DNA of 63,918 bases, counting the filler, from Paramecium tetraurelia (Eukaryota), in NCBI GenBank assembly GCA_000165425.1. It is 9 parts of 9 records of this genome, joined end to end, with 100 filler letters (N's around TTAATTAATTAA, not from the genome) between each part and the next. Parts side by side here need not be neighbours in the genome. Positions count along the whole stretch, not along the records: positions 6,772 to 14,638 come from CT868009.1; positions 14,739 to 26,621 come from CT868018.1; 7 more parts are not named here. The stretch is one strand, 5' to 3'. Positions 11,131-25,545 of this stretch are shown in pieces. The notes beneath the pieces were generated by a model. It was given only the letters and a program-made list of their open reading frames with translations. It did no database searches and had not been told where the DNA came from. The stretch's first letter is position 1, and every line of letters begins with the position of its first letter. A program made the position numbers and the translations under genes.

Positions 11131-14100
11131 ATGAAATATATATTCATTGTCTTATGTCTGATACCCCATTTATAATTAGTAATTAACATACCTTGTGAAT
11201 GTGCTCATATAAAGGAGGAGTAAAAATGTAGTAATTCTCAATAATGTTTGTGGGAGGTTATGGTCGAAAAATGTATATATCAGAAAAATATTGGATATAA
11301 TAATGAAATGACATCATAATCATATTGTTCATAATTTATAGAAGAAGAGTGCATTTTAAGCAAAAGATGTGCATTTCATTTAGGTAAATGCTAAGACTTT
11401 ACAAAATGCGACAACTTATTAAAAGATAGATGTTCATTATCTTCATTTTGGTGTATTTCAAATGGATAAAGTTGTATACCTAAAAATGAGTGTTAAGAAT
11501 ATTATAATAGAGAGGCTTGCTAAAACAAGAATATCCATGGTAAATATTGTGTTTGGAAAACAACAAATAATTAATAATAATAGGGATGTTGGGATATTGA
11601 AAGTTGTGAAGATTTACCTTTATCATTAGTTACTGATAATGAATGTAGAGAATAACTTCACTATTGTACAACTTCAATTTAAGGTGGGTGCATTAAATAA
11701 AAAGATAATTGTAATGAATATGCATTCCAAGAATAATGTTATTTAATTAAAAATAATATTAAATGTTTCTGGGAAAAGGAGTCACAATAATGTTTTGAGA
11801 AAAAATGTTCAAATAAACTTTTGAAGACCTATGAAGAATGTACATAATTTTTGCCAAATTGCACAACTAATGGGATACATTGTATCGAAAGGTTATCCTG
11901 TTATTAATACCGATTTTAATCAGGATGTGTAAGAGATAATTAAGGAAAGTCTTGCGTTTATTATTAAGGGAGGTGTTATTCTAAGACTTGCGATCAGGCT
12001 CCAGATATAGTGAAATCTATGATTTAATGTTAATTATTTGAAAATGAAAGTTAGGAATGTGTTCCAAAAAGAAACGGTGGATGCATGAATAAACCTAATT
12101 TATGTAATTAATTAGAAACATAAGATGCTTGCTAAATGAATATATAATATAATGGGGGTCTATGTTTTTGGAATGATTAAAATTCTATATGCAAAGTAAA
12201 AGAATGTGTTGATGCACCACTAAACTTTGATCATGATTAATGTATAAGTTGGCTACATGACTATGAATGTATTGGTTCCTTGCGAAATGGTTGTATCTAG
12301 AATGTTGAAAATTGTAATTAAATAAAGAATTTGAAAAGTTGTGTTAAAAATAAAAATAAAAAGAAATGTGTGATAGAAAATGGTGAATGTTTTGAAGAGG
12401 ATTGCTTTAATTTTAAATATCCCATTTATGATTCCCATTAAAAATGTTAGGATAGGATGAGTGTTTGCACTTATAATTATTTGAATAAGAGTTGTGTTAA
12501 TAAAGAATGCTAAAACTTATCTGAAAAAGAGTGCAATTACGATTTTAATTTCAATAAATGTTTCCTTCCATCTGGTTGTGCACATAAAAGATGTGAATCA
12601 GCTTAAATATCGTAAAATTCATATGAAGATTGCCAAAATTGGGATGTTAGATGCACAATAAATATTGTTGTTATAAATAATGCTTAACTCATCTATGGAT
12701 GTATAACATAATATCTAGATTGTAATCAATATAAGTATTAATAATAATGTCGATCAACCCTTACAAGGAATACCTTGTTATTGGAATTTATAAACATCGG
12801 AAATGTGAATTCTAAACTTGTAACAATGGCTCCCTAGCTCATTCAATAATATTAAATTAAATGTTATAGATTGGGTTAAGATATTCATAATTAGAAAATG
12901 TGTCATATAAATAGAATGGTGGATGCATTGAGCAATTTTCATAATGCGAATAATTAACTGAAGAGTTACAATGTAATATTGGTTCGTTAAATAGTTTATG
13001 TTATTGGAATGCATAATTGAATTACTGCGAAAAAAGAACTTGTATGAATGCAAGTATAACAATTAGTACTAATTTACAATGTAGATAATGGTTATCATCT
13101 TGTAAATTAAATTAATCTGGATTCGGATGCGAAATTGACTCTGGTGTCTATGAATTATGTACTGATGCACCAGAAACAAATCAGTTTAATAGCCACGAAG
13201 AATGCTAAGCTTGGAATCCTAAATGCACTTTAAAGTTTGGTTCTACATGTGCAAATAAATTAGAATGTTAGAACTATTAAACAGAAAAAGAATGTAAAAT
13301 TGATATTAATAATCAACCTTGTAAATGGAATGGAAATTCATGTATTTCTATAAAATGTAGTGATTATTCAGGTACTCCATCTAAATATAAGGATTGCTTT
13401 TTATTTTCGAATATCTGTACAATTTCATATTAAAAGGTTGAGTGCAGAACAAAACAATCTAATTGCAATAGTTATCTTGTTGGAGAAGATTGCAATGTTA
13501 ATTTAGTTGGGGATAAATGTTCAATTATTAACTCTACTTGTGTTGAAGTAAAAAATTAACAGATTTTTCTAAGTCATACTTGTAATTATGAAGACCTTTA
13601 AAAGGGATTTTTATATCAATATTATGAAAAAAAGTGTATAGAGTCACCTCAAAGTTGTAATTCTCTTACTGAAAATGAATGCAAATCTTTAACAACAATA
13701 AATAATGAACTCTGCTAATGGGATGGTACTCAATGTCTCATGACAACTTCAAACCCTTAAGTAGACTGTAGGAAATAGATTGTATTATTTTATCATTTTA
13801 ATTTAGAGCCTTACATAAGTAAAATGCAAGAATTTTTCAAATAACTGTGAATTGGATTTTATCCAATTTGCACGTTGTACATATTCCACATGTTTAAGCG
13901 TTTAAGAACATCAATGCAATTTTATTACTTTAAATAGGAATGAGTAATGCACTTGGAATTCTTAGACTTGTCAAGCCAGGACATGTTCTAACATGAATGA
14001 AGAAATCACTTCCACTTATTAATGCATTTTATGGTTAGATTCTTGTACATATGATGAAAATAAGAAAGCTTGTGTTAATAGAAGATCTTGCAGTTAAGAA

Positions 14101-14638
14101 AGTGGTGAACTATTATGTGCCAAAGCTTCGTATATCACATAAAATTAATAAAAAATATATTGCTATTGGAATGTAGATATTTGCGCTGATATCACAGATT
14201 GTACTTAAATTTCAAATTCTACATCTCATAGAATGTGTTAAGATAAACTATCAACTTGCACATCTTCAACTTCTCCTTTAATTGCTTAATGTATCGAAGC
14301 ACCATTATTTTGCAATTAGATTTAAGAAAAAAGTTAATGCTTTAGAAATTCTAAATATGAATTGTGTCAATGGATTAATGGTTAATGTTGGTAAAAAAGA
14401 TGTTCTCTTGGTGGTAGGTAAAAGCCAGAGACCTATATCTCTTGCTAAAGAAAACCGAGATCCCTATTTTGTGTATTCAATCAATAAACTGGAAAATGTG
14501 AAGAATTTACAAAATGTTAATTTATTCCGAACTTACGTTAAAATGAAAGGAATTGCGTGAAATATAGCTCATTATGTCGGATTAATGAATAATATAATAC
14601 TTGTGTTAGAAATACAAAATGTACATAAGCAACCACCT
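11131..14638 (+). CDS. Cys-rich Paramecium surface-antigen-like protein, 3' truncated
   Basis: Signal peptide MKYIFIVLCLIPHLQLVINIPCECA; periodic Cys with C.W motifs (CFWEKESQQCFEKKC, CTTNGIHC, CQAWNPKCT); one or two apparent frame breaks near 12770 and 13100. Confidence 0.85.
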
Positions 14639-14743
14639 NNNNNNNNNNNNNNNNNNNNNNNNNNNNNNNNNNNNNNNNNNNNTTAATTAATTAANNNNNN
14701 NNNNNNNNNNNNNNNNNNNNNNNNNNNNNNNNNNNNNNACGTG

Positions 14744-14808
14744 CAAACCCAAACCCAAACCCAAACCCAACCCCAAACCCAAACCCAAACCCCAAACCCA
14801 ACAGCCCC
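14744..14808 (-). repeat. Macronuclear telomere, C-strand (CCCAAA/CCCCAA) at contig start
   Basis: caaacccaaacccaaacccaaacccaaccccaaaccc.. lies immediately after the linker. Confidence 0.93.
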
Positions 14809-16098
14809 AAATAAAATATACTGGAGAAAAATCTAGCCAATTACCAAGCAGGATGACCTGATAGCCCATCAATATTGGCGTCATCAAAACTATGACATAT
14901 GGTTAATTTTCAGTGTGATAGTACTGCTAATTGTAGTTTAACAATTTTTCATGTGTTTTTTTCCAAAGAGGGAATGAGCTAGCGAACGTCTGCTGGTTCC
15001 AATTATCTCCCCTCCTTTAGAAAATGAGTGGATGACTACCTAAACACAGTAATAACATAAGTTGGCATCATGATTGCTTGAAGTCTAAATAGCCAGTTAA
15101 TGGGTATTTTATAAAAATTATACCATTTAACGCACAATTTAATAACTTCTCCATAAGAACAGATTCTGAGCATTGAGTATTCTATTACTCATACTTATAA
15201 TTACTTATTTCAATAATCAAATCTAATAACTTTATAATATCATCATCTTATTTTAATACGTTTGGTAATTTGTTCAAAAATTATTTACTTTTTTGTGAAA
15301 ATCCATGATCAAAAGTATGGTTATGAAAATAGATACAATCCTCCAAGTGCTTGGCATTCAACTTTGACAACTATTTACTCATGGAAAACTGAATGTTGAA
15401 TTTCTTAAAATCTAATCTAAGTAATCAATTTATTATATAATAATTTGTATTATAATCATCATATGATTACATTTATAGCATTCTCTTGAATTCTCAATTT
15501 CCTAAAATAAAATTTTTTTTGAATATTATATACAAATTCATACATTGAATTACAAACTTGAATTCTTTTTGTATTGATTTCATCGATCAAGCATTTATAA
15601 TTAAATTCAATATCATAATGAATTCTAATAATGACAACATTATTACCTGACAATTTATTATCCTAACTATTAACATGGGTTATAAATAGTATAATTGTAA
15701 AAGTATAACCATTTAGAAATAATATGCAAGTTATATAAATCCCAGTTTAATAAATACAATTTATTATTAAAGATATATATTACTTCTAAGATTTAAAAAT
15801 ACATAACTTAAAAACTTCAATATAATTAACTACTATTTATTGTTTAAAACTCTTACTATATCACTTTTTCTTGTTATCTGATATCTTTAAGTGTTCAATA
15901 AATTACAGACTTATTTTGGACATTAGTTTATTTAGATTCAAATAATGGCATTATTAAATAAATCTCGATATGATATCATATGAAATTGATATTAATTGGA
16001 GATGACAAGTTACAATTTCATTATCATTTTAGTTTATGCTTTAAATTTGATAATAATCGGTTTCTCTTTAATATTAGCTTTTTTAATTAATAAATAAA

Positions 16099-17408
16099 AT
16101 GGGTAACTACTTTAATCAACCAGCCAGTCCAAATTAAGCATTATTACAATTTTTAAGATAACTTCCTTTGTCTGAAATACAGAAGGTTTCCAAATATGTG
16201 TAATAAAATTACCCAGCAACAAATGTTTTGTCTTTAGGGGAATTTTTTGATGTTTATCATGACATCCTTAAATAACATTGTGGTGAAATGTTCGAGACTC
16301 TAGAGAATAATCATAGTACAGATGGTTTAACTGATATATATGAGAGTCAAGCAGTTTTAGTAATTGATTCAATAACAATTAGATTATATTTTCTGACACT
16401 GATTTTGCTACCAAGGTCAAGTATATAAGCCAAGTATTCGATTTGGACAAGTCTTAAAAGCTTGAAAAGATTGAACTTATTATGATTTTCTAAACTGCAA
16501 TCAGAGCATTATGTAAAATTGTCAACATGAAACCACCTGGATTTACTGATATCGAATATTATGTTGAAGCCATTTTCACAGAAATGGACAAAAATCTAGA
16601 TCGTACTATCTCTTATGAAGAATTATATTCATGGTTGGATAACAATTATCAACTTTAGGATTTTTTATTAAAATACGCCTTGACTTAGACTAATCAAAAT
16701 GCTAAAAGAAGAACTCAAGAGATTTTCAATTCTAAAGCCTTATTCAATCCAGATCAAGATCAATGGATTTAAGACTACATTCATTAAGCTGAAGAAAGCT
16801 ATTGCTAACTTATCCAAAGAAAAAAACTAGTATCCGATAGGGTCAAGGATGAGATCAATTACGCCTGGTCAGCATTCAAGGCCACTGATATCAATAATGA
16901 TGGTTCAATCTCTGTGAGAGAATTATCTTACTTAATTTATGGATTTGATGGAACCGTAGTTAAAGAAACCAAAAAGAGATTTGGATAATTGGATATAGAT
17001 AAAAGTGGAAGCATTTCTTTAAAAGTATTTAACTAAGCAATCATATTAGGAATGGTTTAATTACTTATAATTAGATTAAGGAGTAGAAATATGTAAATCT
17101 ATTGTAAAAAGATATTTTCTTAAAAGGGATACTAACAATCTAAGTAGTCTTAATAATCAGTAATCCTGTTAAGTATTAAGAGACACTCTCTCAAATGATG
17201 GGTTTGAATTATACTTTAAAGGTTTTGAAAGTTATATTAATGAACATTCGACCTTGGATAAAGTATTCATATATATATATTAAAGATGTCAATTTAATAA
17301 TTATAAGATTTTGTAGAAGGTCCCATGAAGAGAATTATTTAAGATAAGCAAGAACTTATGGAAAAAGAAAAGGAAAGAAAATAAGCATAAAATGAAAAAA
17401 TAATATGA
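16099..17408 (+). CDS. Multi-EF-hand Ca2+-binding protein with a probable N-myristoylation site (calcineurin-B/NCS-like)
   Basis: Starts MGNYFNQ; EF loops DKNLDRTISYEE, DINNDGSISVRE and DIDKSGSISLKE; several short introns. Confidence 0.85.
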
Positions 17409-17899
17409 AAAAATTTTAATAATCATATATTGTATTATTTGATTTGAATTATTATTGATATCGAATGAAGTTTCTTAAATTTAAAGAGGAGATTTACATA
17501 TTATTCCATTTGAATCATTGATTTAGAAATATTAAACTATAAGATTCAGAAGTTTTATTGGGATTTTAATATATTTATTTTATATTGTTAGTTACTTATT
17601 TTAAATTTTAATAGAGGAGTAAACATTTCTTTTAAGAATATTTAAATTTAAAGATAATAGTATTATTAACTATATGATTTATCTTAAATAGAAGTAATTA
17701 TCTTCCTATTGATTTTTATTACAAAAAATCAAACAATTAATAATCACATNNNNNNNNNNNNNNNNNNNNNNNNNNNNNNNNNNNNNNNNNNNNNNNNNNN
17801 NNNNNNNNNNNNNNNNNNNNNNNNNNNNNNNNNNNNNNNNNNNNNNNNNNNNNNNNNNNNNNNNNNNNNNNNNNNNNNNNNNNNNNNNNNNNNNNNNNN

Positions 17900-18226
17900 T
17901 ATAAACTATTTGATTGCATTTTACTGTTACTCTATTTTAGATCTGCTATTTTCCACTGCCAATTTTTGGAGACTCATACAATACTACAATTCACATGCTG
18001 ATTATCTGCAAATTAATTCTGCCACTGTCTCCATAGTGATATTTGGAGAACTCTTAATTTATTTAATGTAAGGATTTTCCGTTCTACAATAGGAATACAA
18101 TTCAAGATGATGCTTTGGCTTTTCTCTTCTTTTTAAATCCTGTTTGACTCTTACCCATAATTCATTTGTATTGAGAGGATCCTTATCATGAGTTTCTTTA
18201 TATCTTTACCAATACTTTTCAGTCAT
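17900..18226 (-). CDS. Small protein with a CX9C (CMC4-like) motif, 3' end in gap
   Basis: MTEKYWQRYKETHDKDPLNTNELW...VAELICRQSACELQYCMSLQK; the C-x4-C-x4-C spacing matches CMC4/MTCP1. Confidence 0.55.
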
Positions 18227-18270
18227 TTAATATTAAATTTAATAATGCTCTAAAATTCATTTATAAATAA

Positions 18271-20084
18271 TCATCTTCTCTGTTTTTCTAGATTTTTATT
18301 TTCTGCTTGAATGTCTGTTAAATCTTATCTGAGTTTTTCTACATTCTTTTTGTATCCCTTAAGTAAAATATCTTCCATTTTTAACTCTGTATCATATATT
18401 TGAATTCTCTTTTCTCCAATATTACGCATAGATTCAGCACATTACTTATAGACAATTTTATAATCTTAATATTATTTCTAAATCTATTTAACCACTGTTT
18501 CAGATTTCTTAGGATCTTGATTAATTAGATTCTCAATCTCAATACAATACCTATTGATCATATTGTCTTAAAATTATAATGAATCTTCTAATTGAGATAA
18601 TTCTTTGGCTTATTTCAAATATTCTGCTTTTTGTTTTTCTAATTGACTCTTCAAATCCACAATTTTTTTAATATATTAATTTCTTGCGATTTCTTTAGGC
18701 TAATTTTATAGATCAACCAATAATTTCTCTTTGTATTCCAAATTGACTCTTCCCTGATTTCTGATCATTTGATTCTCCTCCTATAATCTCCTCATTTTAT
18801 CTTAGATCTACTCAAGTTTTAATTTTCGATCTTAAACTTATTGAGCCAAATCATCAGCTTCATTTTATTGCAAGACCTTTTCTTTTTCCCACTCAATCCT
18901 GATGTTTTCGATTTCTTATTCCAGTTATTGTACTTCTGGATCATTCCCTTTTTTTGATTCAATTTATTACAGAATAGAATGAGCACTTTCTAATTCTTAT
19001 TACTTATCCTTATTATCAGATTATAATTATGAATAGGTATCTTACGATTTCTGATTTACATCTTCCAATTTCTATCTCTTTTTTTATAACTTATCATAGA
19101 CTTTTTATTGCTCTATCAATTTAGCCTAAATATCTTCAAGTAAAGCACTAATCTCTGATTTTGCTTCTTAAGTGTCTTGAATTTCTTATTAGATTTCTTT
19201 TACCTCCTCTTAGAATTGTATTTCTAAATTGAATAAACCTTGATTTTCCTCTTCTTTTTATTTTCTTGCTTACTCCTCTTCCTTATCTTCTTCTTTTAAT
19301 AATTTGATTGCTCTCTTCAATTATCTATTTCCTTTCTAGATATCTTCCCAATCATTCTTTTCACCTTCAGCTTGGAATTACCCTTTAAATTACCCAAGAA
19401 CACTTTCAGGATCATCAGATCTCCTCATTTTCTTTATTAATTATAATCTCTCTTATAGTGGCTAATCCACCTCCTTCTTTTATAAGTGATGATCCATAAC
19501 TCGAACAATTGAGTGATACAAATGTTTCCTTACTCCTTTATTGGCTACTTGCTGAATTAATGGCTCTTTCTTTAGAATATTGAGCACATGCAATCTAAGA
19601 AATCGTTGCTCAATTTCTGGAAAAGAACATAATGACGGATTAACCCATTCTTGAAAGAAATTCTATATTTGATTAGTCCTATACGTAGCTTTCTCTTCTT
19701 ATAATCTCTCTTCGAATGTGAGATGTTTAGCTCCAGTTTCTTTTTTATTCTATTAACTCAATTTGGAAAGCAGACTAACAATAACCTTTCTTGATTCTTA
19801 TGGATTAGGATTCACAATGGATTGAATATCAATTCTAATACCAATGGGATAGAGCATCTCTTGAATTTTTCCTACTTTTCTAAATGAACTCTTTATTGAT
19901 TTGATCGAGCTGATTTCAAAGGCTTATGTTCCACTCAATTAAAAAAATTACAGGAAAATACTTACCAAGTCATCACATGTTAACTATCCATAAAAGTAAG
20001 TATTACTTGAGGGAGAGCTGGTGTTGATATCTAAATTCCTTGAAGTTGCAAACTCTTTAACAACATTTGGTCCTAATCCTCCAT
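18271..20084 (-). CDS. CCDC22: CCDC22 homolog (Commander/CCC complex)
   Basis: The N-terminus MEDQDQMLLKSLQLQGIQI..FRKVGKIQEMLYPIGIRIDIQSIVNPNPQESRKVIVSLLSKL matches the CCDC22 CH-like domain as I recall it, followed by a long coiled coil. Confidence 0.72.
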
Positions 20085-20145
20085 TTTTCTAAAATTGCTC
20101 TATAAAAAAGAAATAAATAATCTTTTATTAATATGGTAATGTGTT

Positions 20146-21698
20146 TCATTTATAATGACGAGGTGTTATCATGAAGTTAACTAGCCCTGACTCTTAATTC
20201 TTCCTATACTTCCTAAATGCACTTGGGCTATATCCGCCTATACCGAATTTGCTTGATGGTGATTTATAGTCCTTTGGGATTTCGAAAGCATCACCAATGT
20301 TAATTTCTAAATCAGAATCCAGTTAATGATTAACATATTTCTCTGCATTCGCATCTAAAATCAATTGAAGTCATTACTAATCTTTTGCTATAATTATTAA
20401 GCCATGTTATCAAGTGTCTTGTCCTTATACTAACTATACTATTTAGTTATCACAATTGGAACAAAATTAGATTTACTTAACGGAGCTTCCTCGTTATGCA
20501 TACCGTCATCATAGTATTGATTAGACTGTTTCTAAAAGAATATTTGTCTTGGAGTTAAAACATGGAAGCCTGGTGTAAATTAATGATTATTGGGACTATT
20601 GATTCCTTAGAATTCATAAGCGTATTGCTATTGAAAATTTGAAGACTATTCCTAATTTTATTGAAATTTATTATACTTCTTTATCCTCTTGCTGTACTTC
20701 TAACTAATCTCTCAATATGGTATATAGGGGTCCTTTTTTGGTTCTTATGCAAATATCAATATAATCTTCTTTGTCTATGTGCTTTAAGATAATATATGAT
20801 TTATACTACTTTCCTTTTAGCATTCAATCTTGAGGATCTCTTTAAAGGGAATTTGTGGCTTAATTCTTCGTATTTATAATCACTTGTATAGTCATCATCG
20901 TCATCGTCATCATCTATTCTACTTTTTCTTTTCTTGTGATTCTTCTTTTTTAACTTTAATCTACTCTCTCTTTATTTTGTGTAAAGAGCACTATCCTTTA
21001 AATACAATATATACTTGAAGTCCATTATCTTATCAATCAATTATTTGAACTTATCTTCATTAAACTAATTGATCTAAGACTTTTGTTTAGATTAAGCAAA
21101 TTCTAAGATAGAGTCTTGGAGTCCTTTACAGGCTTAACAAAGCTTTTTCATGTGATCATCTTTTAATTCTGATGGACTCTTCTCTGCCAGAATGAATATC
21201 TTTGATAATACTCCAGGTTTTATGTCTTTTATCTGTTGTGTACCCTTTTCTTTACTATATATAGACTTAGATGATTTACTATTCTTATCTCCAATGAGTT
21301 TATTGATTCTCCTCAGACTTCTTCTTAAGGTTGAATAAAAATGATTTTTAATTGCGTTATCAGTTCTCCCTGGTAGCAGTTTCGCAATTTCAGCCTAAAA
21401 TTGTTATAACTTTCCTACCCATTTGTTGCCGTGTTCCTTGTGGGCTATGAAGATGACTCTCTCTTCGTTTTCACTCCATGGCTCTTTGTTGATGGTAGGA
21501 TCAAGATGATTATGATAGCGTTCTCTACATTATTTGCCTGATCGACCGAATAAACTGTAGAGTTCTTTCATCTTTTCGGCCACAATCGTCCATTTCTTAA
21601 TTCCATACTGTTTCACCAATTATAAGATAGCTGTATCTTCCTAGAAATTTAATTTTGTTCGCAGTTACTTTTTAATTCCAAGCCTTGCGATCAGTCAT
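20146..21698 (-). CDS. R2R3-type Myb transcription factor
   Basis: WNQK/EDTAILQLVKQYGIKKWTIVAEKM..RSGKQCRERYHNHLDPTINKEPWSENEERVIFIAHKEHGNKW/AEIAKLLPGRTDNAIKNHFYSTLRR; ends FMITPRHYK*. Confidence 0.95.
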
Positions 21699-21885
21699 TT
21701 ATAAATTATTAATTAATAAAATGTATGACCAATATTTATTATTATATTAAGAACCCGTAAGAAACGGTATTTACTATTTATTTCTAAGGAATTATCAAAT
21801 TTTCAACTTATTTTCACATAAGTTTATTTTGGACAATGAAATTTAGTTTAATTGAATGTAAATATATTTAATCAATTCTATAATC

Positions 21886-22540
21886 TCAACAACAATAACA
21901 ACCCTGAAAATATTTTTTACGATATGATTGAGTTTTCTGAATACTTTATTTGTTGGGTGGAACGAGCAAAATCGATTTATCGATTTGTAAAGCTTTCATT
22001 TTTATCTTTGCTCCCTATTCATAAGCATATTAGAAGGTTTCTGCAATGCCTTCGCTCGTCTTAGCTGAAGTTAGAAATAACTTTAACTACTTTTATGAAT
22101 TTAAAGTTAGGAGATATTTTTACAGATCTTCCTTAACATAAAAGGTTGGGAGGTCCATCTTGGTTCCAACTATTATAATTCCCATATCAGGACTGCAATT
22201 AACTTGTAGAAAATCTAACCAACCTTAAGTGTGTCTGTATGAATCAGGATCACTCAAATCGAAACAAAGAATAGCTACATTAGTATTCTATGATTTCTTT
22301 TCATTTTTATACTTATAAAGACATCCTAGTAATAGATCTAAATCTCTCCTAACCAGCAGTGTCCCATATCGAGATATCAAAAAGTTGACCATTCACTTCC
22401 ACATTTTTCACTGTAGAATAGTCAACAGCAACCGTTGCTGCATTATGAGCTCGGAACTCTTGCTATCTATGAGATTGCAAAAGACTTGTTTTTCCTGCCC
22501 CTTACTATCCCACTAGAACTAGTTTGAGTGTTTCGTTCAT
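21886..22540 (-). CDS. Divergent Rab-family small GTPase
   Basis: LKLVLVGQQGAGKTS, WDTAGQERFRSIT, IVGTKMD and a C-terminal GYCC* prenylation signal. Confidence 0.92.
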
Positions 22541-23738
22541 TATTAATTATTATATAAAATATCAACAGCAACCCTGTAGAGTGATTTTATTCTCATACAA
22601 AATTCTTATAGCTTTCTCTTATTTAGTGATATGGAGGTCATCAATTTCTGAATGATATGTAGGTACTTATGATATTTTATTATTATCGTAACACTTTACA
22701 TTTAAATCATGCTCTACTTTTACAACTTGATTAAAATTCCAACAAAAACTTGTTTAAATTCTTTCCTTTATGTTAGATTAATTTAATTTTCCCTTATTTA
22801 TTTCACCTATGGAGATTTATTTAGTATCTACAATTATAATTGATATTTTTTAGTTTATTGAAATATCACATAACCATAGTGGTTCAAACAACAAACAGTT
22901 ATTATCAATTTCGATTTATTTTCACGACTTTTTCAGAGTAGATATAGTTAAGTTGGAATTTATCGTTTGATATTTTACAATAAAGCTAACAAAGTTCATT
23001 TTGAGATGTTAATTCCCTTCATTTTACCTCAAGGAAATTAATAATATAGTTATATTATGAGATTAGCTTTTACATTGTGGCTACACTTTTCATTAAAGAA
23101 TATTTTAATAATAATTGAAAAATTAAATTCACTGATAATTATAAAAAAGTTGAGCATTTTAATTAAAAATGAGACAATTTCTAGGTAATTGATTAAATAC
23201 ACATTTAAATGGCTATGAGAATTATTAATTAATTTATTTTAAGGATAATGTTTATAAACTAATTGCTCAACTTTTAATAATAGATGGATAAATTTTGTTG
23301 AAAGGATTGTTCTTTATTTATAATAATATACTTAATTAAAAACAATGATTAAAGTATTATTTTAACTATAATGAACATTGATATATTATGGAAACTCTTT
23401 TTAATGGTTATGTTACAATAAAGAGAACGAAATTAATTTAAGAAATAGCAAAATAAAATTTTCTTGAACCATCAAACTCATTGCCAGTAAAAACTAATTC
23501 ATCAGTTATGGAAGGATACATGTATTTGTTTGATGTATGATATGTTCAACATATATAGAATTAAAATTTAGTTACATAATTGAAATTTTAGATAAGTAAT
23601 TTTAAATTAAATCTAGAAGATTTACAAGAAAGCGACAAAAGAATTAATCCAAAAATGGTTTTGGTTAATTCTTATGAAGTAGGAAACTAGATTATATTGT
23701 GATACTTCTTATGAAGTAATATATAATATAAATGAATA

Positions 23739-25106
23739 TCAATTCTTAATATTTTGATATGATCTTCTTTAACCTATGTTGCTTCTGTCGATATTTTCAT
23801 TTTCATAAATTCGTTTAGTTGAAGGACTTTTGTTTTTTAAAGTATTTTGGCTCTGTTTCTCAACTGACTTTCTGATTGGAGCAGGACTTAGATTTTTAAC
23901 TGAAGAACTGGGTCTATTTAAACTAGATTAACGAATAGGTGGATTGATGTGTAACTAATTGTTTTTTAATCCAGGAGGTATAAGCTAAGTTAAGTGTATA
24001 AACAAATACAGGTTTGGAAACATCTTTTTTGGGAATTTGAGGAGTTTGAATTGGAGATCCTTTCCTCTCATTTACAGATGCTGATCGTGTAGATTTGGGA
24101 GGATTTTTGATTGAATCATATTCATTTTTGTTGGTTTCATAGGTTGGTTTAGGGAGTTTGGCTTATAACTATTTAAGATTTTTTGGTAATTAAATGGTTT
24201 AAAGTAATTCTGCTTGAGTATTTCCTGGTTGTGTTTAGCAATACTATTCGACAAACGGTTTAACATTTGGATCAGAGAGGATCTAATCACATGTTGGACG
24301 TAAATGAGCTGGTACTTTGAGTAATTAACTAATCATGGCGCTCAGAGAATTGGAATATGATTTTGGTATTTTTTCATAAACTCCCGATGATACCTTTTTG
24401 AATAAGGCTTAAACATCTTATGCTCTGAAAGGAGGCTTTAAAGTAGCCATTTCATATATGACACACCCTAAAGACCAGATATCAGAAGGTGAAGAATAAG
24501 GTTAATCTCTCCATACTTCTGGACTTGCATAATCTAATTAAATTCAACAATTTTACAAGGTGTTCCTGTTTAGGTTTTAGCTAATGCTCCATGTGAGACT
24601 TTACTTACATTGAGATCGCCTATCTTGTATTATCCATCGTTAGATTTAAAGACGTTAGCACTCTTTAAATCACGATGCAAAATACCAGACTTGTGTAACA
24701 CTCTCAAACCTAAAGTCATGTGTGCCAAAGCTTTCCAAATCTCCTTCTCTTCTATTTGATTCTACTTCTTTATGCAAGAGGAAATTTATTTTGAGATATC
24801 TCCTCCAGCTGCAAATTCCATTATGACACACAATTAATTTGATATTTCATCGAAGAATGCTTCTTTATATCCTATGATATGGGCATCAGTTATTGAAGCC
24901 AAAATTCTGATCTCATTCAAAGCATTCTCTCTCTCTTTTTACTTTAAGTTGTTAATTCTCACCTTCTTCATAGCATACTCTTACTAATCACTCACTCGTT
25001 TAACCTAATTAATATTAGTTTAACTTACTCTGAATACTTATCCAAAGGAACCTTCTCCTAATTTCTAAAGAATTGTGAAATCTGCCAGGGTTGTGGATTT
25101 TTACAT
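23739..25106 (-). CDS. NIMA-related (NEK/Nrk) Ser/Thr kinase
   Basis: LGEGSFGQVFR, YAMKKV, ERENALNEIRILASI, ILHRDLKSANVF, IGDLNVSKV, TQTGTP/YASPEVW. Confidence 0.95.
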
Positions 25107-25545
25107 TTTTAATTTGAATTTCCTAACCTGTTAAATTATTAATAATATAAAAACAACTTTATATTGATTCTAATAATAATTTAGATTTCATATAGTGTAA
25201 ATTTATAGATGAGAATCCTTCTTTTTTTAATCACATATGCTCCAAGTGGGTAAATGTGGGTTCATTTGTATATTAATAAACTAACATATTAGGGATGATT
25301 TAATGCTGTATTTTAAAGATAAAATTGTTTCTAAATTTGTATTTGTTTAAGGGATCTAGGAATTAAGAGCTGTTTAAAAGTCATTTGATATATCATGAAT
25401 TAGACAGTATTTATTTTATTAAAAGAAATCAACGATAGAACACTTGAGTAGATTCTATATCAAAGATTATAGATTGATTAACTTAAAAAGGGGAAGGATT
25501 GCTTTTCAAAATAAAATCATGTTTCTTATGAATATATATTTATTT

